A stretch of 64,000 nucleotides of DNA from Longimicrobiales bacterium (GCA_965218295.1 CBDCKN010000009.1:352001-416000); one strand, 5' to 3'. Positions 9,297 to 18,695 are shown, counted from the stretch's first letter. Program-made: numbers and translations. The notes: a model not told the origin generated them from the letters alone.

Positions 9297-10972
9297 ATGA
9301 TGAAGCGCACGTTCAAGAGATTCACGGTGGGCCTGTCGCTCGCGATGGGAGCGGTGTGGGTCGGGGCCGGCAGCCCGAGCGCCGGTGCGATCCTGGCCGT
9401 TGAGACAGATCCCAGCGAGGCGGCCCGGCCCGGTGGCCCGTCGGCTGCTGTCGCCGACTGCGAGGCGCTCTTCCCGACAAGACCTTTACCTGGTCATCCT
9501 CCGCTGCCGACGGCGGACTTCACGACCATTCAGGATGCGCCGACGCAGGTGACGGGAGCCCGGGTGGTGGATGCCGCCGGCGATGTGCCCGCCCATTGCC
9601 TGGTGGAGGGCTATGTCTCGCCCAATGTCGAATTCGTGTTACGACTGCCGGGGAGCTCCGACTGGAACGGCAATTTTCTGGAGGCGAGCCCTGGCGGATA
9701 TGGCGGTGGGCGGGGAATTAGGAGCTCCCGGTGCGATGAGGGATTGCGGAGAGGCTATGCCTGCATCACGCACGATACGGGCCATACCGGCATAGGCTCC
9801 AGGGCCTCGTGGGCCTACAACAATCTCCAGGCGGAGTTTGATTACGGCATCCGCGGTCACCATGTCGTCGCCCTGGCGGGCAAGGCCATCACAGAACACT
9901 ACTACGGCAGGGCGCCAGAGTTCTCCTATCATATTGGCGGTTCTGGCGGTGGCAAGCAGGGGATGGTCGAAGCGCAGCGATTTCCGTGGAACTTCGACGG
10001 CATTCTTGCCATAGTGCCCTCCACCGTGACGGCATCGGGCGTCATGATCCTTTGGAACGCCTTGGCGACTCATGACGAGGACGGCAATCCGCTTTTCACG
10101 CCCGCCGATCTGGACGTGCTTCACGCGGGAGCCATCGCCGCATGCGATGCGGACGATGGCCTCGAGGATGGGATCATCGGTGGCGATCCCCGGACCTGCA
10201 CGTTCGATCCTGCCGAACTGACCTGCGAGCGGGGTCAGAGATCGGGCTGTCTGTCGCCGGTCCAGGTGGAGGCGGCCAGGAAAGTCTACAGCGGGCCGGT
10301 GACGTCGGAAGGCGAGAAGCTCAGCAGATACTTCCCCTGGTACCCCGCCACGCCCGGCTCGGAGCTGGGTACCTACTTTTCCATGGATCGCGAGTATAAG
10401 ACCAGTTACTGGCAGTACATGGGTTTCAATCCGGATCCGGGGCCGAGCTGAGCTGGAAGGCGACCGACTTTGATTTCGACCACGACTACAAGCGCACCGG
10501 GATGATGGACGCGATTGTGAATGGCTACAACAATCCCGATCTGCGTAACTTCAAGGCTGCGGGTGGCAAGCTGATGATCGTCCAGGGCTGGGAAGACTCC
10601 GGCCTTCCCGGGCCGCGAGTCAGCGTCGATTACTATGAGATGGTGGAAAGAGTCATGGGCGGGCGGGCCAGCACCCAGGAATTTTATCGCCTCTTCATGA
10701 TTCCGGGGGGGGCGCATGGCAATAGTGGCGATGGCGCGGCCAGCGGCGACTTTCTCAGCTATCTAGAAGCCTGGGTCGAAGAGGGTCAGGCGCCCGACAT
10801 GATGATAGGCTATCATCCCGAAGGACTTTCCGGTAATGCGAGTACATCGGTACCCAACAGGTACGAATTCACTCGGCCTCATTATCCATATCCGCTGCAG
10901 GCGAGATACAAAGGCAGCGGCGATCCGAACGACTATCGGAACTTCGAGCCTGTCGAACCAAGGAATCGCTGA
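9297..10972 (+). pseudogene. Tannase/feruloyl esterase copy 3, frameshifted by a 5-bp duplication
   Basis: gagct duplicated at 10445-10454 creates TGA at 10449; ORFs 9297..10451 and 10502..10972 are collinear with the other copies. Confidence 0.9.
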
Positions 10973-11071
10973 GGTCGTACGTTCCGTCATAAAAGCCCCG
11001 GGTCCCACGAGATCCGCTACCAGGCCGGCATCTGGGAGCGCGAGCACAGGAGCGTGCTCGTCGGGCTCGAG
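10973..11071. repeat. Downstream cassette flank, copy A (near-identical to 13673-13771)
   Basis: ggtcgtacgttccgtcataaaagccccggg...gctcgag repeated at an offset of 2700 bp. Confidence 0.95.
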
Positions 11072-11080
11072 CGGCCGTAG

Positions 11081-11506
11081 CTAATCCTCCAGCTCCTCGC
11101 GGCGCTGGAGCGGCCCCCTGACCGCCTCCCCTCCGGGCGGTGGAAACTCCTCCTTCAGGAACGTTGCGATCTGCTCCTGAGACTCAAGGTCAGCCTTGTG
11201 CACCCGCTCAAAGTCGGCGTTAACTGACACGACGATCTGTCTGAGTAGCTTGATGTCCTCCTTGATAAAATCACCCTTGGTCGTCAGTTGTATCACACGC
11301 TCTGATGATGGCTTCACCCGGTTCCCGATCGGCTCTTCCTCGCGTGAACCCGCACTCCTCAACAGCCCCCAGAACATGTCTATCCAGGCCGCAGGCGGGG
11401 TAACTGAGAGGAACAGGTACACGTGGCACTCTTTCGTCTTGTCGAATAGGGGTTCAGGCGAGTCCTCGTCTCGGTACCCCACGATCTCAATCCGTCGGTA
11501 CAACAT
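11081..11506 (-). CDS. Hypothetical protein (141 aa)
   Basis: ATG after AAGGGGAAG, globular-looking composition, more AT-rich than flanks; no family recognised. Confidence 0.6.
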   Translation of the reverse strand: MLYRRIEIVGYRDEDSPEPLFDKTKECHVYLFLSVTPPAAWIDMFWGLLRSAGSREEEPIGNRVKPSSERVIQLTTKGDFIKEDIKLLRQIVVSVNADFERVHKADLESQEQIATFLKEEFPPPGGEAVRGPLQRREELED

Positions 11507-11584
11507 TAGCTTCCCCTTGGTTTAGAGAGGGCCCCCTTACTCACTCCTCCAGCTCCTCGGCCGGTTTCAGGAGCTCCACGGCCC

Positions 11585-11737
11585 GCTTCCAGGCGAGCCT
11601 CGGGGGGCTCGCGGATCAGGGGTGGATAGAGCGCATAGAACAGGAGGGGAAGCACTACGAGGCTCACGGCTCCGGGCAGGGCCGCGGCCCAACGGCCCCA
11701 GGTGAGCTCGATGCCTGCCTCTCCCGCCAGTGCTACG
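11585..11737 (-). pseudogene. Internal fragment of a DASS-family (anion:sodium symporter) permease
   Basis: ALAGEAGIELTWGRWAAALPGAVSLVVLPLLFYALYPPLIREPPEA resembles the DASS segment 'ITWxxWxxAAIVPGLVSLLxxPLxLYxLYPPEIKETPEA'. Confidence 0.65.
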
Positions 11738-12010
11738 GCTGGCCCACTGGTTGTGAGCTTCACGTTCAGAGCTTACCATAGCGGACGACCCCCAAGCTGT
11801 GCACGGGAGTCAGTCGCACCGCGTCGAGGTTCAGTGGATGAGCTTCTCGAGCTCCTTCAGCCGGTAGGACCGGCCTTTGATGTTAAACATGGCAGTGCTG
11901 GAGCAGCCGTAGAGGAAGGCCGTGGTCACGTTTGTCTCGTGCTTTCACGAGCGCTGTCAGGCCGGCGAGCACCTTGCGACGTGACGTTACTCACAAGAAA
12001 GGAAGATACG
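11738..12010. repeat. Upstream cassette flank, copy B
   Basis: Near-identical to 5642-5920. Confidence 0.95.
11831..11929 (-). mobile_element. IS21-family istB 3' remnant, second copy
   Basis: ...NIKGRSYRLKELEKLIH*. Confidence 0.7.
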
Positions 12011-13672
12011 ATGAAGCGCACGTTCAAGAGATTCACGGTGGGCCTGTCGCTCGCGATGGGAGCGGTGTGGGTCGGGGCCGGCAGCCCGAGCGCCGGTGCG
12101 ATCCTGGCCGTTGAGACAGATCCCAGCGAGGCGGCCCGGCCCGGTGGCCCGTCGGCTGCTGTCGCCGACTGCGAGGCGTTCTTGCCGACAAGACCTTTAC
12201 CTGGTCATCCTCAGCTGCCGACGCCAGACTTCACGTCCCTTCAGGATGCGCCGACGCAGGTGACGGGAGCCCGGGTGGTGGGTGCCGCCGGTGATTTGCC
12301 GGCCCATTGCCGTGTGGAGGGCTATGTCTCACCCAATGTCGAGTTCGTGTTACAACTGCCGGGGAGCTCCGACTGGAACGGCAATTTTCTGGAGGCGAGC
12401 CCTGGCGGCTATGGCGGCTCGACGGGGTCCGGCCGGTGCGATGAGGGATTGCGGAGAGGCTATGCCTGCATCACGCACGATACGGGCCATACGGGCATGA
12501 GCTCCAAGGCCTCGTGGGCCTACAACAATCTCCAGGCGGAGTTTGATTACGGCATCCGCGGCCACCATGTCGTCGCCCTGGCGGGCAAGGCCATCACAGA
12601 ACACTACTACGGCAGGGCGCCAGAGTTCTCCTATCATATGGGCTGTTCCGGCGGCGGCAAGCAGGGGATGGTCGAAGCGCAGCGATTTCCGTGGAACTTC
12701 GACGGCATTCTCGCTCTGGAGCCCTCCACCGTGACGGCCTCGGGCATCCTGCTCCTGTGGAACTCCGTGGCGACTCATGACAAGGACGGCTTTCCACTTT
12801 TCACGCCCGCCGATCTGGACGTACTTCACGAGGGGGCCATCGCCGCATGCGATGCAGACGATGGCCTCGAGGATGGGATCATCGGTGGCGATCCCCGAAC
12901 CTGCGCATTCGATCCTGCCGAGCTGACCTGCGAGCGGGGTCAGAGATCGGGCTGTCTGTCGCCGATCCAGGTGGAGGCGGCCAGGAAAGTTTACGAGGGG
13001 CCGGTGTCGTCGGAAGGCGAGAAGCTCAGCAGATACTTCCCATGGTACCCCGCCACGCCCGGCTCGGAGCTGGGCAACTACTTTTCCATGGATCGCAGGT
13101 ATAAGACTAATTACTGGCAGTACATGGGTTTCAATCCGGATCCGGGGCCGAGCTGGACGTCGGACGATTTTGATTTCGACCACGATTACAAGCGCACCGG
13201 GATGATGGATCAGATTGTGAGTGGCTACAACAATCCCGATCTGCGTAACTTGAAGGCTGCGGGTCACAAGCTGATGGTCATCCAGGGCTGGGACGACTCC
13301 GGTCTTCCCGGGCCGAAAGTCAGCGTCGACTACTATGAGATGGTGGAAAAAATCGTAGGCGGGCGGGCCAGCACCCAGGAATTTTATCGCCTCTTCATGA
13401 TTCCGGGGCGGTCGCATTGCCGTGGTGGCGATGGTGCGTCTAACGGCGACTTTCTCAGCTATCTAGAAGCCTGGGTCGAAGAGGGTCAGGCGCCCGACAT
13501 GATGATAGGCTATCATCCCGAAGGATTTTCCGGTAATGCGAGTACATCGATACCCCACAAGTACACATTCACTCGGCCTCATTATCCATATCCGCTGCAG
13601 GCGAGATACAAAGGCAGCGGCGATCCGAACGACTATCGGAACTTCGAGCCTGTCGAACCAAGGAATCGCTGA
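12011..13672 (+). CDS. Tannase/feruloyl esterase family hydrolase, copy 4
   Basis: GCSGGG, GWDD and SHC motifs intact; SPI-type signal. Confidence 0.9.
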   Translation: MKRTFKRFTVGLSLAMGAVWVGAGSPSAGAILAVETDPSEAARPGGPSAAVADCEAFLPTRPLPGHPQLPTPDFTSLQDAPTQVTGARVVGAAGDLPAHCRVEGYVSPNVEFVLQLPGSSDWNGNFLEASPGGYGGSTGSGRCDEGLRRGYACITHDTGHTGMSSKASWAYNNLQAEFDYGIRGHHVVALAGKAITEHYYGRAPEFSYHMGCSGGGKQGMVEAQRFPWNFDGILALEPSTVTASGILLLWNSVATHDKDGFPLFTPADLDVLHEGAIAACDADDGLEDGIIGGDPRTCAFDPAELTCERGQRSGCLSPIQVEAARKVYEGPVSSEGEKLSRYFPWYPATPGSELGNYFSMDRRYKTNYWQYMGFNPDPGPSWTSDDFDFDHDYKRTGMMDQIVSGYNNPDLRNLKAAGHKLMVIQGWDDSGLPGPKVSVDYYEMVEKIVGGRASTQEFYRLFMIPGRSHCRGGDGASNGDFLSYLEAWVEEGQAPDMMIGYHPEGFSGNASTSIPHKYTFTRPHYPYPLQARYKGSGDPNDYRNFEPVEPRNR

Positions 13673-13771
13673 GGTCGTACGTTCCGTCATAAAAGCCCCG
13701 GGTCCCACGAGATCCGCTACCAGGCCGGCATCTGGGAGCGCGAGCACAGGAGCGTGCTCGTCGTGCTCGAG
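13673..13771. repeat. Downstream cassette flank, copy B
   Basis: Near-identical to 10973-11071. Confidence 0.95.
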
Positions 13772-13789
13772 TGACCCGGGGGGAAGGGC

Positions 13790-13910
13790 CATCTCGCTCT
13801 TCATCCCTGGGGACCGGACGCGCCGCTAAAGTTGGTGCATCCCACTTGAACGCCTTGAACGCCTCAATAAATGGCTGCGGAAGGCAGAGAAGCTCGCAGG
13901 CGTGAAGCCC
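13790..13910 (+). pseudogene. Possible tyrosine recombinase remnant
   Basis: LNKWLRKAEKLAGVKP resembles the helix preceding the HxxR box of phage integrases; adjacent to a tRNA. Confidence 0.35.
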
Positions 13911-14003
13911 GGCGGTTCTTGCACAGAACATTGCACACCACTGGGTGTAGCTGAACGCGGCTGTGTGAGAATATCGCGCAGTTGTACGACGAGCCGACAC
14001 AAA

Positions 14004-14076
14004 TGGGGTGTAGCTCAACCGGCAGAGCGCCTGGCTGTTAACCAGGAGGTTGGTGGTTCGAACCCACCCACCCCAG
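14004..14076 (+). tRNA. tRNA-Asn (GTT)
   Basis: Acceptor TGGGGTG/CACCCCA, D-arm TAGCTCAACCGGCAGAGC, anticodon stem CCTGG/CCAGG with loop CTGTTAA, T-loop GGTTCGAACC; CCA not encoded. Confidence 0.95.
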
Positions 14077-14472
14077 TTGGAGAGAACCTAATCCCTGCAA
14101 GGTTTTTCGGGCCTGCGGGGCCTTCACTTACTTGATGGACGAAACACTGCGTGCACAGTGCGTGCACGGGCCGCCGAGAGTCATTGTCGGTGGGTGTCTG
14201 CCGTGTCCCTCGGCAGTGGTGGCGACCGAACCGAGGAGCTCCCCGAGCCTACATCCTCCAAGTGCCGCTCAACTCGTCTTCAGACGGGAGACGGCATGCG
14301 ACACGGGCGCACTCCGGGATCAGACCGAAGTCAACATCCGAGAGTGGGCCGGTAGGCACAAGCAGAACCCTGGAAACCACGCCAGAATCACCATACTGGA
14401 TACGTGGGCGCAAATAGTGGTGTTGTGCCGAGGGTGCGGCCCACTAGGATCCGGCGCGAGCCGTAACATGAC

Positions 14473-14498
14473 CGGGAGAGGCCGAAGCCCCTTTCCCG
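14473..14498 (-). terminator. GC-rich hairpin with C(UUCG)G loop downstream of the DUF2911 gene
   Basis: Minus strand cgggaaaggggc-ttcg-gcctctcccg, about 20 bp after the stop; no clear U-tract. Confidence 0.45.
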
Positions 14499-14516
14499 TC
14501 TGAAAAAGGGAGCGGT

Positions 14517-15129
14517 CTAACGCGCCATAGTGAACGGCACCGTCGCCAGTTGGTCGTCGAACCAAATCGTGAAGTCACCGCCCTGCTGGGTCATGTTGGT
14601 AAAGGTGATGATAAGCTGGTCGGCCGCCCTCTCGATGGTCTGCACGGACATAGTGGTGCGCAGGACGTCGTGCTCATCCGTGTATCCGTACGAGCCCCAC
14701 AGGGCGTTCGGGTTGGTTTCCCGGAAGGTCTGCTTCACGCCCCAGGTGGAGAAGATCAACGTCCACTCGTCCTCCTCCAGGTCCGCGAAAATGCTGTATT
14801 CGCCGGCCGGAAGGCGCTGGTTGCCGAACATCAGGTCCGTCCCTGCGTAGAAACGCGTCGATATGTTGGCCCCGATTCTCCACATCGGTGCCCCACGGAG
14901 AAAGGCGTCCCCGTATGTGGGGCCGGACCCGAACATGTTCTCGCGCCCCCGCAGGATCGGGCGACCGTAGTCCACCACGATCCACCAGCCGCCCTCGTAT
15001 TGACCGTCCGCGTTGTACGCCCCGCCGACTTGCGTGTGCGCTTCTCCTCGCGGGCTCGGTTGACGGGCCTGCCCCTCCAGGGTGATCGGGAACGAACAGG
15101 AAGACTGCGCAGGTTAGTACTCGAAGCAT
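14517..15129 (-). pseudogene. DUF2911 domain protein, frameshift in the signal region
   Basis: VDYGRPILRGR, WRIGAN, LPAGEYS motifs; MLRVLTCAVFLFVP joins ITLEGQARQPSPRG if one C is removed from gttcccgatc (~15089). Confidence 0.75.
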
Positions 15130-15172
15130 GGTCATCTCTCCTATGGTCATCTCTCCTATGGTCATCTCTCCT
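15128..15172. repeat. Perfect 3 x 15-bp repeat atggtcatctctcct (RBS + ATG on minus strand)
   Basis: Units at 15128, 15143 and 15158. Confidence 0.95.
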
Positions 15173-15196
15173 AAGGATAGGTAAAATAAAAGCCCT

Positions 15197-15517
15197 TTGA
15201 CAGGTCCCGATAACGTGAGGGTGGAGGACCAGACCGGTCAACCAGGGATGCTCACGCCGGGGCTGGGCTTCTTCGATTGCGGCGGCGTCCGCTTGATGCT
15301 TGATGGTCCGGCCAAGGCACAAGCGGGTCAGAGCTCGGTCATCTACTACATAGTCGATGATCCCAACGCGGCCCATCAGACCCTCTCCGAGCGAGGAGTG
15401 GTATTCGAGGCCGCGCCACACCTTGTCGCGCCAATGCCCGATCACGAACTGTGGATGGCATTCCTTCGCGATCCGGACCGGAACCTCCTCGCAATGATGT
15501 GTGAGGTCCGTTCGTAG
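15197..15517 (+). CDS. VOC/glyoxalase family protein, probably 5'-damaged
   Basis: LGFFDCGGVRLML...SVIYYIVDD...ELWMAFLRDPDRNLLAMM; the expected first beta-alpha unit is not evident. Confidence 0.7.
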   Translation: MTGPDNVRVEDQTGQPGMLTPGLGFFDCGGVRLMLDGPAKAQAGQSSVIYYIVDDPNAAHQTLSERGVVFEAAPHLVAPMPDHELWMAFLRDPDRNLLAMMCEVRS

Positions 15518-15571
15518 GATGGGCTAGCACGGGCCGTGTGCCGGGAAGCGGCGGCTCCTGGCGTTGTCCGG

Positions 15572-16087
15572 TCAGTCCACCCGATCGTCCACGCCGTGGC
15601 CCTGCTTGGCGACCAGAATCGTTCGCTCGAAGGTCATGAACACGGTGCCGTCCGCCTTCTTTCCGGTAGTCCGGATCCAGACGATCCCCTGGGTCGGCCG
15701 CGACTTGGACTCCCGCTTGTCCAGCACCTCGCTCTCGGCGTAGACGGTGTCCCCGTGGAAGACGGGGGCGGTGAGCTTGATGTCGGGCCAGCCTAGGTTC
15801 GCGATCGCCCTCTGGCTCACGTCGCTCACGCTCATCCCCGCCACTATGCCGAGGGTGAGGCCGCTGTTCACCAGGGGCTTCCCGAACTCGCTCTTCGCCG
15901 CGTACTCCCAGTCGAAGTGCAGCGGGTGCGTGGCCATCGTGAGGAGGGTGAACCAGATGTTGTCGCTTTCGGTGATCGTCCGTCCCGGCCGGTGCTCGTA
16001 GACGTCCCCGACCTCGAAGTCCTCAAAGTAACGCCCGATGTCCTCCCGATACCGGTGAGGTCCAACTTTCGTCGAGCGAAACGCCAT
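15572..16087 (-). CDS. MaoC family dehydratase
   Basis: GRYFEDFEVGD, RTITESDN, HPLHFD, PVFHGDT. Confidence 0.9.
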   Translation of the reverse strand: MAFRSTKVGPHRYREDIGRYFEDFEVGDVYEHRPGRTITESDNIWFTLLTMATHPLHFDWEYAAKSEFGKPLVNSGLTLGIVAGMSVSDVSQRAIANLGWPDIKLTAPVFHGDTVYAESEVLDKRESKSRPTQGIVWIRTTGKKADGTVFMTFERTILVAKQGHGVDDRVD

Positions 16088-16179
16088 GATGACTCTCCGG
16101 TGGGTGTGCGCTCAAGAATACGACCGACCTGAAGGGCCAGATTCTGCAACTCTGAGGCGGCGAGTCCCTCCGATTCCTC

Positions 16180-16275
16180 CGTCAACCGCTTCGGGAAGTC
16201 ATCGGCGAGTGGAAGGTCGATTCCCTGGGTCAGCAGCAGGCCCTTGATCCGATTTATCCGCTGCATCCGCTCTAC
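16180..16275 (-). mobile_element. IS110-family transposase fragment
   Basis: ERMQRINRIKGLLLTQGI resembles the IS110 'ERTxxxNRIKGLLxxQGI' segment. Confidence 0.55.
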
Positions 16276-16726
16276 ACCACTAACCGAAAACCAAGTCCGC
16301 AGCAAGCGGCGCCTGGGAGAAGGATCTCCGAAGATTGCTGAGATCCGGAGGAGTCTCATCATGCGGCCCTCCAAGCCCCGAGGACGCTCCGGCCTACTCA
16401 GGATACCGAATACAACCCGAAGACGGTCAGAACGTGTTTGCGAGCGTCCTTCGAGACCATACCTCCAGCCACCGATGTTGACGTCGGTTGTGTCGACGCG
16501 GCGACGCCCCTATGGTGCACCGAGAAGCACCCCGACGGCGGCAGCCCGATTCGGATGGCGAGTTGGAAGAGAGAGTACGGGCGAACTCGACAGAACTGGT
16601 GGGATCGTGACGGGATAGGGATCGAGGATCACGAGGCGGGGCCTTCGGGTTTTTGCGGGCTTCCAGGTGGTCCGCGGACGAAACGGGTTGCGAATGCGGA
16701 GAGGGATGCACAGGAGGGAGGAGATC

Positions 16727-18613
16727 ATGAGGGGCAAGTGGCGGCGTTGGACGGGTGCAGCGTGGGCGGCTCTGGCCGTGGCGGTGTTGGCGTCTTTCCC
16801 GGCGGTGGGGCAGGCCGCGGCACAGGCGAAGGACCAGTTCTACGAGTACCACGTCACGCCCAACGTGATGGTCCCGATGCAGGACGGCGTGCGGATGGCC
16901 ACAGACGTCTACCGGCCGGCGCGGAACGGCCAGCCGGTGCAGGGCCGCTGGCCCGTCGTTCTGTTCCGGATTCCGTACAACAAGCTGCAGCCCAGGTACA
17001 TCGCGCAGGCGAGGTTCTTCGCGGAGCACGGCTACGTGTACGTGGCTCAGGACGTGCGGGGACGCTTCGCATCGGAGGGGTTGTATCACCCCTTCGGTAC
17101 GGAGCTGAGTCCGGACGGGTACGACGCGGTGGTGTGGGCGAGCAAGCAGCCGTGGTCGAACGGCAGGGTGGCAACCATCGGGATCTCCTACGGAGGGCTC
17201 ACGCAGATCACCATGGGCGTAGAGGATCCACCCGGCCTGGCCGCCCAGTTCGTGCAGCAGATCTGGGACAAGGGTTGGGAGAACGGGATGTACGTGAATG
17301 GCGCTTTTCACATGCGCCGGATCAGCTGGATCACGAGCCAGGCGTCCGTGAGCAGAGAGGCAGCGCAGGATCCACTGGTGCGGGTCGCGATCGAGAGGAT
17401 GAACGAAGACGTGATGTCCTGGGTCCATCGCTTCCCCCACGCGTTCCGCCGGGGGGCGTCCCCGCTTGCTCTCGCCCCGAACTACGAGGAATTCCTCTCC
17501 GCCGGTATCGAGAACAACCGTTTCGGACCCTACTGGCAGAGGAAGGGCGGTCTCAACACCAAGGACTTCTGGGACTCCTACGCGGACGTTCCCGTGCTCT
17601 GGCAGGGTGGCTGGTACGATGTCATACCGGTGCAGACGATCAATCAGTATCTGAGGACGGCGGCTAAGAACAAGAGTGTTCAGAAGCTCCTCATGGGTCC
17701 GTGGACTCATGGCCGGCCCCTGTCCAACTCGGGCGATGTCGAGTTCGGGATGGAGGCCGTGGTGAACTTCGACATCATCGGGCTCCGCTGGTTCGACCAG
17801 TTCCTGAAGGGCGTGGATACGGGGATCCTTGAGGACCCACCGATTCGCATCTTCGTGATGGGAGGCGGTGATGGACACCGCACAACAGAGGGTCGGATCT
17901 TCCACGGCGGGGAGTGGCGCTTCGAGAACGAGTGGCCCCTGGCTCATGCCCGGAATACCGCCTTCTACTTTCACGGAGACGGGAGCCTGAGGCCCGAGCC
18001 GCCCGGCAGCGACGCGCGCCCGACGGCGTACATGCACGATCCGTCGAACCCCGTGCCCACCATCGGCGGCGTGGACGCCTTCGCGTATCCGAAGGGCCCG
18101 GGAGGTTTCGATCAGCGGGACCTGGACGGACGGCCCCTGCGGCTGCGGCCGGACGTCGTGGTGTTCCAGACGCCTCCGCTGGAGCGGGACGTGGAGGTGA
18201 CGGGCCCGATCATGGTGACGCTGCACGCCTCTTCTTCGGCCATCGACACCGATTTCACGGTGAAGGTCCTGGACGTCTATCCCCCGAGCCGGGACTGGCC
18301 GGAAGGGTTCGAGATGAACCTGAGCGACGTCATTCTGCGGGCGGCGTACCGAGAGGGGGAGAAGGATCCGGCGCCGCTGGAGCCGGGCCGCGTTTACGAG
18401 TTCACCTTCGAGGTCCCGCCGGTGAGCAACGTGTTCAAGGCGGGCCATCGGATCCGGGTCGACATCGCCAGCAGCAACTATCCCCGCTTCGACGTGAACC
18501 CCGGAACCATGGATCATCCCTGGGAGCGCCGCAGGTATGTCAAGGCGGAGAACCGGATCTATCACGACCGGGAACGCCCGTCGCATATCCTGCTCCCCAT
18601 GATTCCGCGGTAG
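16727..18613 (+). CDS. CocE/NonD family hydrolase, exported
   Basis: Signal peptide, VPMQDGVRMATDVYRP, QDVRGRFASEG, GISYGG, GPWTH, SSNYPRFDVN. Confidence 0.9.
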   Translation: MRGKWRRWTGAAWAALAVAVLASFPAVGQAAAQAKDQFYEYHVTPNVMVPMQDGVRMATDVYRPARNGQPVQGRWPVVLFRIPYNKLQPRYIAQARFFAEHGYVYVAQDVRGRFASEGLYHPFGTELSPDGYDAVVWASKQPWSNGRVATIGISYGGLTQITMGVEDPPGLAAQFVQQIWDKGWENGMYVNGAFHMRRISWITSQASVSREAAQDPLVRVAIERMNEDVMSWVHRFPHAFRRGASPLALAPNYEEFLSAGIENNRFGPYWQRKGGLNTKDFWDSYADVPVLWQGGWYDVIPVQTINQYLRTAAKNKSVQKLLMGPWTHGRPLSNSGDVEFGMEAVVNFDIIGLRWFDQFLKGVDTGILEDPPIRIFVMGGGDGHRTTEGRIFHGGEWRFENEWPLAHARNTAFYFHGDGSLRPEPPGSDARPTAYMHDPSNPVPTIGGVDAFAYPKGPGGFDQRDLDGRPLRLRPDVVVFQTPPLERDVEVTGPIMVTLHASSSAIDTDFTVKVLDVYPPSRDWPEGFEMNLSDVILRAAYREGEKDPAPLEPGRVYEFTFEVPPVSNVFKAGHRIRVDIASSNYPRFDVNPGTMDHPWERRRYVKAENRIYHDRERPSHILLPMIPR

Positions 18614-18695
18614 GTAGGAGTGGGCGTAGGTCGCAGTCGGGACTCCCGGCATGCTATCATGGCCCCATGCTTGACTCCGCCTCGAACGACTCGGG

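Noticed and set aside
10449..10451. Selenocysteine or readthrough at the TGA in esterase copy 3
   Set aside because: The TGA is created by a 5-bp duplication and the downstream homology is in another frame
5921..13672. Diversity-generating retroelement behind the esterase variation
   Set aside because: No reverse transcriptase or template repeat in the window; differences include indels and are not visibly adenine-specific
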